Source: Faecalimonas sp. (GTDB taxonomy: Bacteria; Bacillota; Clostridia; Lachnospirales; Lachnospiraceae). From it: a stretch of DNA of 45,286 bases. Of the stretch, positions 27,272 through 36,101 are shown one piece after another (the stretch's first letter is position 1; every line of letters starts with the position of its first letter). The notes under the pieces were generated by a model that saw only the letters and a list, made by a program, of their open reading frames with translations, had not been told where the DNA came from and ran no database searches. The stretch covers positions 1 through 45,286 of the forward strand of contig JAZQMU010000178.1 in assembly GCA_045543595.1 (NCBI GenBank), read 5' to 3'. Both the position numbers and the translations under genes were made by a program.

Positions 27272-28291
27272 ATGACATATCAGGAAATTTTAGAAAATGC
27301 GAGAAAAGACATTGGCAAATATTGCAAAGCATGTCCAGTTTGTAGCGGAAAAGCTTGTGGAAACCAGATTCCAGGGCCAGGGGCAAAAGGCGTAGGCGAT
27401 ACAGCCATCCGCAACTACAGCAAATGGCAGGACATCCGCGTGAACATGGATACTTTGGTGGAAAACAAACCAGTGGATACTACATTTGAAGTGTTTGGTC
27501 AGACATTTGCTTATCCATTCTTTGCTGGTCCAGTTGGAGCAGTTCAGCTTCACTATAGTGACAAGTATGACGAAGATACATATAACGAAGTGTTGGTTTC
27601 ATCTTGTGCTCAGGCTGGGATCGCTGCATTTACAGGAGACGGTGTAAATCCATTTATCATGGAAGCGGCAACGGACTCTATTAAAAGAGCAGGTGGAATT
27701 GGTGTTCCAACTATCAAACCATGGGACATCGGAACCGTGAAAGGGAAACTTGAATTGGTAGAAAAAGCAGACGCATTTGCAGTGGCTATGGATATCGATG
27801 CAGCAGGCTTGCCATTTTTGAAAAACATGACTCCACCAGCGGGTAGCAAAACTGTGGAAGAAATGGCTGAGATCGTGAAGGCATCAAAGGCGCCATTTAT
27901 CGTGAAGGGTATCATGACAGTGAAGGGTGCCCTCAAGGCAAAAGAAGCTGGTGCAGCAGCAATCGTTGTGTCAAATCACGGCGGGCGTGTATTGGATCAA
28001 TGCCCAGCAACAGCAGAAGTTCTGGAAGAAATTGTGAAAGCAGTAGACGGAAGTATGAAGGTGTTCGTAGATGGCGGCATCCGTTCAGGTACAGATGTGT
28101 TCAAGGCACTTGCCCTTGGTGCAGACGGTGTAATTATTTGCTGGCCATTTGTGGTTGCGCTTTACGGTGGAGACAGCGAAGGTGTGAAGACATATATTGA
28201 AAAGATAGGTACAGAGCTGAAAGATACAATGCAAATGTGCGGTGCACATAGCTTGGATGAAATTACAAGAGATATGGTTCGCTATTGCTAG
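27272..28291 (+). CDS. FMN-dependent alpha-hydroxy-acid oxidase/dehydrogenase with N-terminal Cys cluster
   Basis: VKGIM, VSNHGGRVLD, VDGGIRSGTDVFKALALGA; N-terminal CxxCxxCxxxxC. Confidence 0.88.
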   Translation: MTYQEILENARKDIGKYCKACPVCSGKACGNQIPGPGAKGVGDTAIRNYSKWQDIRVNMDTLVENKPVDTTFEVFGQTFAYPFFAGPVGAVQLHYSDKYDEDTYNEVLVSSCAQAGIAAFTGDGVNPFIMEAATDSIKRAGGIGVPTIKPWDIGTVKGKLELVEKADAFAVAMDIDAAGLPFLKNMTPPAGSKTVEEMAEIVKASKAPFIVKGIMTVKGALKAKEAGAAAIVVSNHGGRVLDQCPATAEVLEEIVKAVDGSMKVFVDGGIRSGTDVFKALALGADGVIICWPFVVALYGGDSEGVKTYIEKIGTELKDTMQMCGAHSLDEITRDMVRYC

Positions 28292-28304
28292 GAGTGAAAT
28301 GTTA

Positions 28305-28338
28305 GGGGATATGATTCGAAATGGATCATATCCCTTTT
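28305..28338 (+). terminator. intrinsic terminator
   Basis: GGGATATGATT...GATCATATCCC-TTTT. Confidence 0.78.
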
Positions 28339-28353
28339 GTTGCGTAAAAATAC

Positions 28354-28427
28354 TTGACATATATATCGTAGTGCGATATAGTAAAGAAAACAAAGTATCG
28401 CAGTGCGATATATCGAACTAAGATATA
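28354..28427 (+). promoter_or_regulatory. sigma-A promoter with three TATCG-N5-(C/A)GATA palindromes (PadR operator)
   Basis: TTGACA 28354 - 17 bp - TATAGT 28377; palindromes at 28362-80, 28396-410 and 28409-27. Confidence 0.8.
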
Positions 28428-28442
28428 GAAAGAGGGAACTAT

Positions 28443-28757
28443 ATGGACGCACACATTAGAAAAGTTTATGTCCCGATGACGGAGACAGGTTTTTATATAT
28501 TGTTGTGTTTGCAGGAAGCAAACCATGGTTACGGAGTGGTACAGCTGGTTGAAAAGATGACCGATGGAGAGATTCGTCTTGCCCCAGGAACCATGTACGG
28601 TAGTCTTTCCAAAATGGAGAAGGACGGATTGATTCAATTTGTAAAAGAGGAAGAAAAGAGAAAAATCTACCAGATTACAGAACTTGGAAAAGAAGTGCTG
28701 GAACTCGAAAAGAAGCGTATTTGCAGACTTTACCGAAATGTACAGGAGGAATTCTAG
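28443..28757 (+). CDS. PadR family transcriptional regulator
   Basis: HGYG...GTMYGSLSKMEKDGLI...RKIYQITELG. Confidence 0.92.
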   Translation: MDAHIRKVYVPMTETGFYILLCLQEANHGYGVVQLVEKMTDGEIRLAPGTMYGSLSKMEKDGLIQFVKEEEKRKIYQITELGKEVLELEKKRICRLYRNVQEEF

Positions 28758-28758
28758 T

Positions 28759-29295
28759 ATGAAAACGAAAAAAGAATTTAAATATTTCACTATTTTTCAA
28801 TATGAAGATGAACAAGAATATCTCAGCGATATGCATAAGCATGGCTGGAAACTGAGCAAAATAGGTGGTATCGGAATGTATCATTTTGAAGAATGCGAAC
28901 CAGAAGATGTAGTGTATCAATTGGATTACAATCAGGAAGGCAGAAAGAATAAAGAAGAATATGTTGCCATGTTCGAAGACTGTGGCTGGGAACATCTTTT
29001 TGATTTTGCACAGTATAGCTATTTCCGAAAACCGAAATCGGAGATGGAAGGCGAGGAAGAAATTTTCTGCGATGAACAGTCAAGATATGATATGATGAAT
29101 CGTGTTTACAAAGGAAGATTAATTCCGCTGTTAGTCCTGTTCTGTGCAGTGCTGGCACCTCAGTTTATTTTAAATGTACTTGTGTATAAGAACTATATAG
29201 TTGGCACAATGTATGGTGTGATTCTGGGATTATATATTGCTATATTTGTTTCGTTCCTGATAAAACGCCAGGAATATAGAAAGAATTTTATGTAA
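28759..29295 (+). CDS. DUF2812-like membrane protein
   Basis: EYLSDMHKHGW, Y.FE, YQLDY, FEDCGWE, YFRK, two C-terminal TMs; typical PadR partner. Confidence 0.8.
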   Translation: MKTKKEFKYFTIFQYEDEQEYLSDMHKHGWKLSKIGGIGMYHFEECEPEDVVYQLDYNQEGRKNKEEYVAMFEDCGWEHLFDFAQYSYFRKPKSEMEGEEEIFCDEQSRYDMMNRVYKGRLIPLLVLFCAVLAPQFILNVLVYKNYIVGTMYGVILGLYIAIFVSFLIKRQEYRKNFM

Positions 29296-29302
29296 ATGGA
29301 GA

Positions 29303-30196
29303 ATGAATATGAGAGCACCTTGTTTATCAGAAGGCGGCGTGATAGGAATCTGTTCGCCTAGCCACATTGCCGATTATGAAGACTATCAGAGAACAATCGA
29401 AAGTATTCGAAGATGTGGATTTCGAGTAAAGGAAGCAACAAATTTATATAAAGCAACTTACGGATATTCGGCTACGCCGGAGGAACGCGCAGCGGACTTT
29501 AACCAGCTGATTGCAGATCCAGAGGTGGAGTTGATTCTGTTTGGCGGTGGAGAAGGCGCAAACGAACTTCTGCCATACATTGATTTTGAAAATATCAAAC
29601 GCAATCCGAAGCGTATCTGCAGTTACAGTGACGGTACATTTCTGCTGAACCCAATCTGGGTTCAGACGGGACTTGAAACTTATTACGGCCAGGCACCAAA
29701 TCTGTTTCTGGATATGAGCGACTATGATGCGAAGCATTTCTGGGAGCATCTGGTGTATGATTGTATGACGGAACATGTGCCAAACAGTGAATGGAAAGTG
29801 CAGACTTCGGGAGTCGGCGAAGGAATTTTGATTGGCGGATATGCCCGTAACTTTGCGATGATTCTTGGAAGCAAATATTTGCCAGTGGACATGAATGAGG
29901 ATTACGTGCTTTTCATCGAAGATCATGAATCTTTTGGCGGTGTGGATTATATCAGTGCCATGCTTACACACATCGAGCAGGATAAGATCATGGAACGAGT
30001 GAAAGGTGTTGTATTTGGGAATTATTCGGATAAAGAGCATCCGGAACTCTTGTGGAGACTGAAACGTATGGGCGAAAAGTTCCAGATACCAGTGATATGC
30101 TGCGATGATTTTGGGCACGGGTGGAATCATGGGATACTTCCAATTGGAAGAAAAGTGCGACTTGATGGGAATCAAGGTAAATTGATTTATTTGTAA
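29303..30196 (+). CDS. S66 family peptidase (LD-carboxypeptidase/MccF-like)
   Basis: PEERAADFN, GGEGANELLP, SYSD (Ser), FIED (Glu), DFGHG (His). Confidence 0.85.
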   Translation: MNMRAPCLSEGGVIGICSPSHIADYEDYQRTIESIRRCGFRVKEATNLYKATYGYSATPEERAADFNQLIADPEVELILFGGGEGANELLPYIDFENIKRNPKRICSYSDGTFLLNPIWVQTGLETYYGQAPNLFLDMSDYDAKHFWEHLVYDCMTEHVPNSEWKVQTSGVGEGILIGGYARNFAMILGSKYLPVDMNEDYVLFIEDHESFGGVDYISAMLTHIEQDKIMERVKGVVFGNYSDKEHPELLWRLKRMGEKFQIPVICCDDFGHGWNHGILPIGRKVRLDGNQGKLIYL

Positions 30197-30210
30197 AGGT
30201 GGAAGGAAAA

Positions 30211-30522
30211 ATGACATTTAAAAGAATTACAATGGAAGAAGCAAAAGAGATTTTTAAAACACCTGGGGATTACATTATCGTAGATGTGCGTACGCAGGAT
30301 GAATTTAAAATGGGACATATTCCGGGAGCAATCTGCATACCAAATGAAACAATCCATGGGTTTAACGTTCCAGAACTTCCAGACAGAAATCAGGTGATGT
30401 ATGTGTACTGTAGAAGTGGAAACAGAAGCAGACAAGCAGCGTTGAAGCTGTCGAGTATGGGATATACAAATGTAATCGAGTTTGGTGGAATCATGGACTG
30501 GACAGGTGAAATTGAAAAATAG
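30211..30522 (+). CDS. single-domain rhodanese
   Basis: VDVRT.DEF..GHIPGA, YCRSGNRS. Confidence 0.9.
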   Translation: MTFKRITMEEAKEIFKTPGDYIIVDVRTQDEFKMGHIPGAICIPNETIHGFNVPELPDRNQVMYVYCRSGNRSRQAALKLSSMGYTNVIEFGGIMDWTGEIEK

Positions 30523-30558
30523 AAGACCGCATTTGTGGACAGGCAAAGCGATAAAATG

Positions 30559-30602
30559 GGATCAAGAAAAGGAAAACAGTACTTTTCTTGATCCTTATTT
30601 TT
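30559..30602 (+). terminator. intrinsic terminator
   Basis: GGATCAAGAAAAG...CTTTTCTTGATCC-TTATTTTT. Confidence 0.8.
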
Positions 30603-30620
30603 GTTTTAGAGGAGGTAGAA

Positions 30621-30725
30621 ATGATGAAAGGTTATGTTACGGATAATGGTTACATGGGTTATGTAGATGGTGGGTATAAACTGTTTGCAAGTGAAGCTGA
30701 TTATAGAGAATGGGTAGAAGAGTAG
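30621..30725 (+). CDS. 34-aa small protein (below the ORF track cutoff)
   Basis: strong RBS GAGGAGGT; MMKGYVTDNGYMGYVDGGYKLFASEADYREWVEE*; stop overlaps the RBS of the next gene. Confidence 0.75.
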   Translation: MMKGYVTDNGYMGYVDGGYKLFASEADYREWVEE

Positions 30726-30737
30726 GAGGAATCGGAA

Positions 30738-31043
30738 ATGAAGAAATATTTTACACTTACGGGAACAAAGTTTTATTATGGGGCGGATTTTCTTGAACCG
30801 GGGATGAAGCTGGTGTTGAAGAAAGAGCCTGACAATAAATATGACAAAGAAGCGATCGAGGTTCATGTGAAGGGACTAGGGAAGATTGGATATGTGGCAA
30901 ATAGCACCCATACAGTGATCGGTGAAAGTCTGAGTGCAGGAAGATTGTATGACAAAATTGGCGAGAGTGCAGAAGCTAAGGTGGTGCTTGTGACAAGTCA
31001 AGGCGTGTTGTGTAAGATTAAGAAGGGAAAAGTCGAAAGATAA
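30738..31043 (+). CDS. stand-alone HIRAN domain protein
   Basis: L.KEPDNKYDKEAI.V...KIGYVAN. Confidence 0.85.
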   Translation: MKKYFTLTGTKFYYGADFLEPGMKLVLKKEPDNKYDKEAIEVHVKGLGKIGYVANSTHTVIGESLSAGRLYDKIGESAEAKVVLVTSQGVLCKIKKGKVER

Positions 31044-31084
31044 GTGAAGTGGTATTGGAAGACAAAAGGGATTAGTCACAAGTA

Positions 31085-31116
31085 ATCCGCCCCATGTCAA
31101 GATGACAGGGGCGGAT
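31085..31116 (+). terminator. stem-loop, probable terminator
   Basis: ATCCGCCCC-a-TGTCA-aga-TGACA-GGGGCGGAT. Confidence 0.6.
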
Positions 31117-31526
31117 GTTACTTTGTCATGCATCTATATTTTGGAGAGGAATATGATTTTAAATCATATAATTTTTTGCAGGTTATCTGCAACATGGCAC
31201 TCATTAGGTGGTATATACCTGGATTCGGGGAGTTGAGTACCATCTATGAGATAAGTATATCGGATGGAGAGGGGGATGTCGGTGATAAAGTCACTGTGGA
31301 AGGAAGAGGGAAAGGTTTTTACCACGTACTTTTTGAAAAATTAAGTATGCACCTTTGAAATTATTGGATTGTAATACCTAGGGTCATATATTATATTAAA
31401 TGTGTATATAAGAATTTATACTGTTTTTAGGGCTGTGTCCGCGCAGTTTGTGAATTTGTCACCTGTACTACAGAAGGAGATGATTGCACGAAATGCATAT
31501 ACGGCCAAGAAAGGAGACTGAAATCA

Positions 31527-32381
31527 ATGAAGAAAATCGCATTTTACATGCCGAAACATTATCCGGCCAGTGACCTGTTTGGGGCGGCGACATTAGGCTT
31601 CGCAGGAAAAGCCGGATGCGCAGATGATGCAGTTTTTGAGTTTTTGTCACAGCCGCATGGTATCGTCTTAAATGGGACATATGAAGAAATATTAAGCGGA
31701 ATTCCGGAGGGAACGTACAAAGCGGCTATCGTGCTGTGCGGCAATGCAGGAGGCGAAAATGATTTTGTTGAAAAACTACATCAGAAGCTGGGATGTCCAA
31801 TCGTAGGCGGAGGTGCCGCTATGGATGGGACAAAGGGAGGACTTGTTGCCGGAGGCGGACGGGCAGGAGTTATGCTGATTGATGATGAGAATTATGAAAT
31901 TTCAGTTGAGATGAAAAATATTCATGAGCATGTGATTGGCACATGTCGGGTTGGTTTCCATGACTCACGCGTGGTTCAATCTATTGATGGACAGGAACCG
32001 GAAGTATGGCTCAGGGACAAAAAAGCTGCGTTTGGTTTTTTAGAGGATGATTTTGAACACTTTACATTGTCAGATAAAAATGGTGTAAATGCCCATTTGT
32101 CCAAGGATGGAGAATTGATCAGGAGTGGTCGCGATCTTGAGGAGGAAATGGTGATCCGCTACGTGAAACCGGAAGAAGTATACAATGCAGTATACGACTT
32201 CTATAATGATGATACGGACACAATTGTATTTGGCTGTGCCGGAATAAAGGGAATTACGGGAGAACTAACGGAAGTGAAGAGCCTTGGTCTTTATATGTTT
32301 GGTGAAATCTGCATGGTGGATGGTAAGGCATTTTGGGGAAATTTGATGTTGTCTAAAATCAAATTGCGCCGAAAAGGTTAG
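31527..32381 (+). CDS. FIST-like domain protein
   Basis: CPIVGGGAA, FGCAG, GLYMFGEI resemble FIST_N/FIST_C motifs. Confidence 0.55.
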   Translation: MKKIAFYMPKHYPASDLFGAATLGFAGKAGCADDAVFEFLSQPHGIVLNGTYEEILSGIPEGTYKAAIVLCGNAGGENDFVEKLHQKLGCPIVGGGAAMDGTKGGLVAGGGRAGVMLIDDENYEISVEMKNIHEHVIGTCRVGFHDSRVVQSIDGQEPEVWLRDKKAAFGFLEDDFEHFTLSDKNGVNAHLSKDGELIRSGRDLEEEMVIRYVKPEEVYNAVYDFYNDDTDTIVFGCAGIKGITGELTEVKSLGLYMFGEICMVDGKAFWGNLMLSKIKLRRKG

Positions 32382-32902
32382 TATGTGTCTGTATAAAGGT
32401 ATTCAATAATAAAATCCTTTTCTTTAAACCATCTGGAGTGGTTAATTTTATAGTTATGGAAAATAGTTTACCACTTACAAGGGAAAATATAGTGCTAACA
32501 CCAGGATTGATAGCATTGATGGACAATCAGTATAAACTTAAATTAAATAGATAGTCCTAAGGTATACATATCAATTTCGATGATGCTGGGGCATAACTGA
32601 GACAAATGGAAGAATTCAGAAAGGTACAAGCTGAAAATTGATAAACAGAATCAACAAAAATCTGCATCGCAGGTATTATTCAAAGTGCTCTAAAATAGTT
32701 ATGGACGCTCTGGCTGAGGTTGGAGCGTTTTTAAGTGGTAGAAATTTTGTTAAGAGGTATTTATAAATAAAAATGAGATAGAGAAGTTTGTTAAAACATG
32801 TTATATCTGCGTAGTCGATATACTAACAAAATATGAAGTGAACAGCCAAGGAACCATGCAAATCCGGGCATTTCACGGCATTTTAAGGAGATTGAAATCT
32901 AC

Positions 32903-32929
32903 GATAAAAGTATTGTTTGTTTGCCACGG
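32903..32929 (+). repeat. left attachment site
   Basis: GATAAAAGTATTGTTTGTTTGCCACGG, 22/27 identical to 42350-42376; shared core TGCCACGG. Confidence 0.8.
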
Positions 32930-33010
32930 GAGGATTTACCGGGCATGATGAAATTTCTCAAATCGTCTCATAACCCTCGATTTTAAGCGTTTTTTGTGTT
33001 TTGATCTCAA

Positions 33011-33034
33011 ATTTACCAAAGATTTACCAATATT
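33011..33034 (+). repeat. putative integrase arm-type sites (left)
   Basis: ATTTACCAA at 33011 and 33022; GATTTACCAATATT also at 42199. Confidence 0.7.
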
Positions 33035-33085
33035 TCTGGAGAGTCAGACTTGCGATTCTAACACCAGAATAAGGAGATCAATACT

Positions 33086-33484
33086 ATGACTGAGATGAAG
33101 AAACACATTTATGATGAGAGCAATGGCCTTTGGTATGAACTCATTGGCGATTATTATATTCCGGTTCTTACCCTGTCCTCTGAGGAACAGCGCCCCATTG
33201 GTAAATGGGGACGGATGCACCAGGACTACCTCAAAGAGCAGCGCCCGATCCTCTTTAACGACCTGATCCTCAGTGGTCAGCTCTGGTCATACCTCGCTGA
33301 TCTGAACGAACAGGCGCAGAAGTGTTTATCCTTGATTGTTGAACAGATGAAGGCATCCGAGGGCATGACTGAGAAACTGAAAGCAACTGACCAGATGGCG
33401 TGGGTCGCAGCCATGAGCAGCATCTGCAACCGGGCAGAGGAAATTATCCTCCGTGAAATGATCTATGGGGAGGATGTGGCATGA
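33086..33484 (+). CDS. tnpV: transposon-encoded TnpV protein
   Basis: GLWYEL.GDYYIP, PIGKWGRMH..YLKE, QMAWV..M. Confidence 0.85.
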   Translation: MTEMKKHIYDESNGLWYELIGDYYIPVLTLSSEEQRPIGKWGRMHQDYLKEQRPILFNDLILSGQLWSYLADLNEQAQKCLSLIVEQMKASEGMTEKLKATDQMAWVAAMSSICNRAEEIILREMIYGEDVA

Positions 33485-33741
33485 GACTTCTGGAAGAATT
33501 TTGGTACGGCAACATCGAGCCTACAGAGTACGACACTTCTTCTAAAGAGTATAAGAAGTTACAGGAGTTGATCTGTAGGAATGAAGATAAGCTCAAAGCT
33601 ACGATGACAGACGAGCAGAAAGCGTTGTTTGAGAAATACACGGATTGCGTGCGAGAACATCAAACCATTACAGATTGCCTGATCTTCCAGAACAGCTTTA
33701 AGCTGGGTGCTAGGATGATGTTGGAAGTCATGGAAGAATAA
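33481..33741 (+). CDS. DUF6809-like small protein
   Basis: LEEFWYGNIEP...FKLGARMMLEV; ATGA overlap with tnpV. Confidence 0.7.
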   Translation: MRLLEEFWYGNIEPTEYDTSSKEYKKLQELICRNEDKLKATMTDEQKALFEKYTDCVREHQTITDCLIFQNSFKLGARMMLEVMEE

Positions 33742-33806
33742 TTGAATACATAGTGCAGCGCCTACTGATTATTTATCATCGGTGGGTGCTGTTTTCCTGC
33801 ATAATC

Positions 33807-33860
33807 TTGACTTTTTTTACACCAAATGATATCATTATATCAAGATAGAATGATATCATT
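33807..33860 (+). promoter_or_regulatory. promoter with two perfect AATGATATCATT palindromes
   Basis: TTGACT 33807 - 17 bp - TATCAT 33830; palindromes at 33825-36 and 33849-60. Confidence 0.8.
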
Positions 33861-33883
33861 TGTGCCGTAAAAGGAGGTGCGGT

Positions 33884-34081
33884 TTGTTGAGCGATCGAAC
33901 CAAACAAGTGCAGTTCAGAATGCCAGATGAGCTGCACACCGAACTAAAAGCAGCGCTGGCATACGACAGAAGTAGCTTTGCGGATTTTTTCAATAAAGCT
34001 GCTGAGGACTACCTATCAAATCGCAAAGCGGATAAACAGAAAAAATCCAAGAGCAAAAATGGAGGAACTAAAAATGGCTAA
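33884..34081 (+). CDS. ribbon-helix-helix (Arc/CopG-like) regulator
   Basis: KQVQFRMPDELHTELK...SFADFFNKAAEDYL; RBS AAGGAGG; TTG start; overlaps the next start. Confidence 0.72.
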   Translation: MLSDRTKQVQFRMPDELHTELKAALAYDRSSFADFFNKAAEDYLSNRKADKQKKSKSKNGGTKNG

Positions 34082-36101
34082 TACGAAGGTAATTGTAATT
34101 CCCGAAGGGAAAATTTGTGACTATGTTGACGGCAAGTTCCGCAATGATACTCCGGAAGAGTACGTACGTCAGACTATTGAAAAAAGACTTGTCAACGAAC
34201 ATAAATATCTGCCTAAGCAGATCAGAATTGAATGCACTCTACAGCTGGGATCGAGAAAACCTCGTGCAGATATTGTCATTTTTGATAAGGATTGCACCGA
34301 GCAGACTCAGGAGAATATTAAAATCATCATCGAGTGCAAAAAAGAGGCTGTTGAGGCACGAAATGCTAAAGATGGTGTTGAGCAATTGAAGTCATATATG
34401 TCTGCTTGCCCTAATTGCGAGTGGGGAATGTGGACAAATGGCCGTCAGAAGGAAGTCTATCGTAAGTATGTTAACGAAAAGGGCCAAATTGATTTCATGG
34501 ATTATAACGATATTCCTTCTGCCGATGGTAATCTGGATGACATCAACCGTCCTAAGCGTACTACTCTAAAAAATGCTTATGACGATAATCTGTTGTTCAC
34601 GTTCAAAACCTGCCATAATCATATCTATGTGAATGATGGTCTGCAGAAACAGCCTGCATTTTTTGAGCTGCTGAAGGTTATTTTCTGTAAGATTGAGGAT
34701 GAAAGAAACATCACTAAGCCGCTGGAATTCTATGCAACTTCAGAAGAGCGTTCCAATCCCGACGGTCAGCTGACTGTCAAAAAACGTATCTCTAAAATCT
34801 TTGAACAGGTCAAAAACAAGAAGAAGTATAAGCTGATTTTTGATGCGAACGATGAAATCAAGTTGTCTCCTCGTAGCTTGGCTTATATTGTCAGTGAGCT
34901 GCAGAAGTACAGCCTGCTCAATACCAATATCGACATCAAGGGTAAAGCATACGAGGAAATCGTTGGTGCCAACCTGCGTGGCGATAGAGGTGAGTTCTTC
35001 ACACCCAGAAATGTCATGAAGATGGTTGTCGAAATGATCAATCCAGGTGTCGATGAAAAAGTTCTGGATAGCTCTTGTGGTACTGGCGGCTTCCTTGTAA
35101 ACGCTATGACCCATGTCATTGAAAAACTCGAGAAACAATTTGAAGCTGAACTTGGTATGCCGAAAATCGAGTGGGGTAATGAAGCTATCAACGCTTTCAG
35201 AGATCGCATTTCTGATATGGCAAAATCGAATTATTTCGGATTTGATATTAATCCAGATCTCGTCAAGGCAACTAAGATGAACATGGTTATGAATAATGAC
35301 GGAAGTGGCAACATTCTGCAGTCCAACTCGCTACTGCCACCGCACGAATGGACAGATGATTTCCGCTCTAATTTGGCAGAAGCTTTGGGCATTGATAAAT
35401 CTACCATTCGTAACCATAAGACAATTGAGTTTTTCGATGTGATTGTAACCAACCCTCCTTTCGGCAGCAAAATTCCGATCAAAGACAAAGCCATCCTGGA
35501 GCAATTTGAATTGGCACATGTCTGGGAAAACGACAAGAAAACCAATACATGGACAATGACGGATCGCCTGCAGGCATCTGTTCCCCCAGAAATTCTGTTT
35601 GTAGAACGTTGCACTCAGTTGCTTGCACCTGGTGGTCGTATGGGCATCGTTCTCCCTGATAACATTCTGGGTGCACCGGGTCTTGGATATATTCGAGAGT
35701 GGCTTATTAAGAACCACAGAATCATTGCCAGTGTAGACCTTCATGTGGATACCTTCCAGCCGAGAAATGGTACTCAGACCTCGGTGCTGTTCCTGCAGAA
35801 GAAAACACAGGAGCAGAAAGATGTCGAGGAAAAGAGCGGCACGATGGCTGACTACAATATTTTTATGGCCATGGTCGAAAAAGTTGGTCATGATAAGCGT
35901 GGTAATCCTACTTTTAAGCGTGATAAAGAAGGAAACGAGATTCTTGTTCCCGATACTAATAGCGTTTTTGTACTTGGTTCAACTGGCGAAGGTGATCGTA
36001 CCGTTTCCCATGAGCAAAAAAGAAAAGTCGAGGATGATCAGACTCCGGATGTTCCTGCCATCTTTACAGAATGGAAAGTCAAGGAGGGGTTGGCATGGTA
36101 A
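34074..36101 (+). CDS. fused restriction endonuclease / N6-adenine DNA methyltransferase (type IIB/IIG-like RM subunit)
   Basis: PEEYVRQ, RADIVIF...IIIECKK nuclease; GEFFTPR, LDSSCGTGGFL (motif I), NPPF (motif IV); start at ATG 34074 after GGAGG. Confidence 0.9.
   Translation: MANTKVIVIPEGKICDYVDGKFRNDTPEEYVRQTIEKRLVNEHKYLPKQIRIECTLQLGSRKPRADIVIFDKDCTEQTQENIKIIIECKKEAVEARNAKDGVEQLKSYMSACPNCEWGMWTNGRQKEVYRKYVNEKGQIDFMDYNDIPSADGNLDDINRPKRTTLKNAYDDNLLFTFKTCHNHIYVNDGLQKQPAFFELLKVIFCKIEDERNITKPLEFYATSEERSNPDGQLTVKKRISKIFEQVKNKKKYKLIFDANDEIKLSPRSLAYIVSELQKYSLLNTNIDIKGKAYEEIVGANLRGDRGEFFTPRNVMKMVVEMINPGVDEKVLDSSCGTGGFLVNAMTHVIEKLEKQFEAELGMPKIEWGNEAINAFRDRISDMAKSNYFGFDINPDLVKATKMNMVMNNDGSGNILQSNSLLPPHEWTDDFRSNLAEALGIDKSTIRNHKTIEFFDVIVTNPPFGSKIPIKDKAILEQFELAHVWENDKKTNTWTMTDRLQASVPPEILFVERCTQLLAPGGRMGIVLPDNILGAPGLGYIREWLIKNHRIIASVDLHVDTFQPRNGTQTSVLFLQKKTQEQKDVEEKSGTMADYNIFMAMVEKVGHDKRGNPTFKRDKEGNEILVPDTNSVFVLGSTGEGDRTVSHEQKRKVEDDQTPDVPAIFTEWKVKEGLAW

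Noticed and set aside
29444-30217. 257-aa minus-strand ORF
   Set aside because: Antisense shadow of the S66 peptidase gene with no recognisable motifs
31128-31358. 76-aa ORF after the HIRAN gene
   Set aside because: No clear RBS or motif; cannot be supported, though it may be a gene fragment
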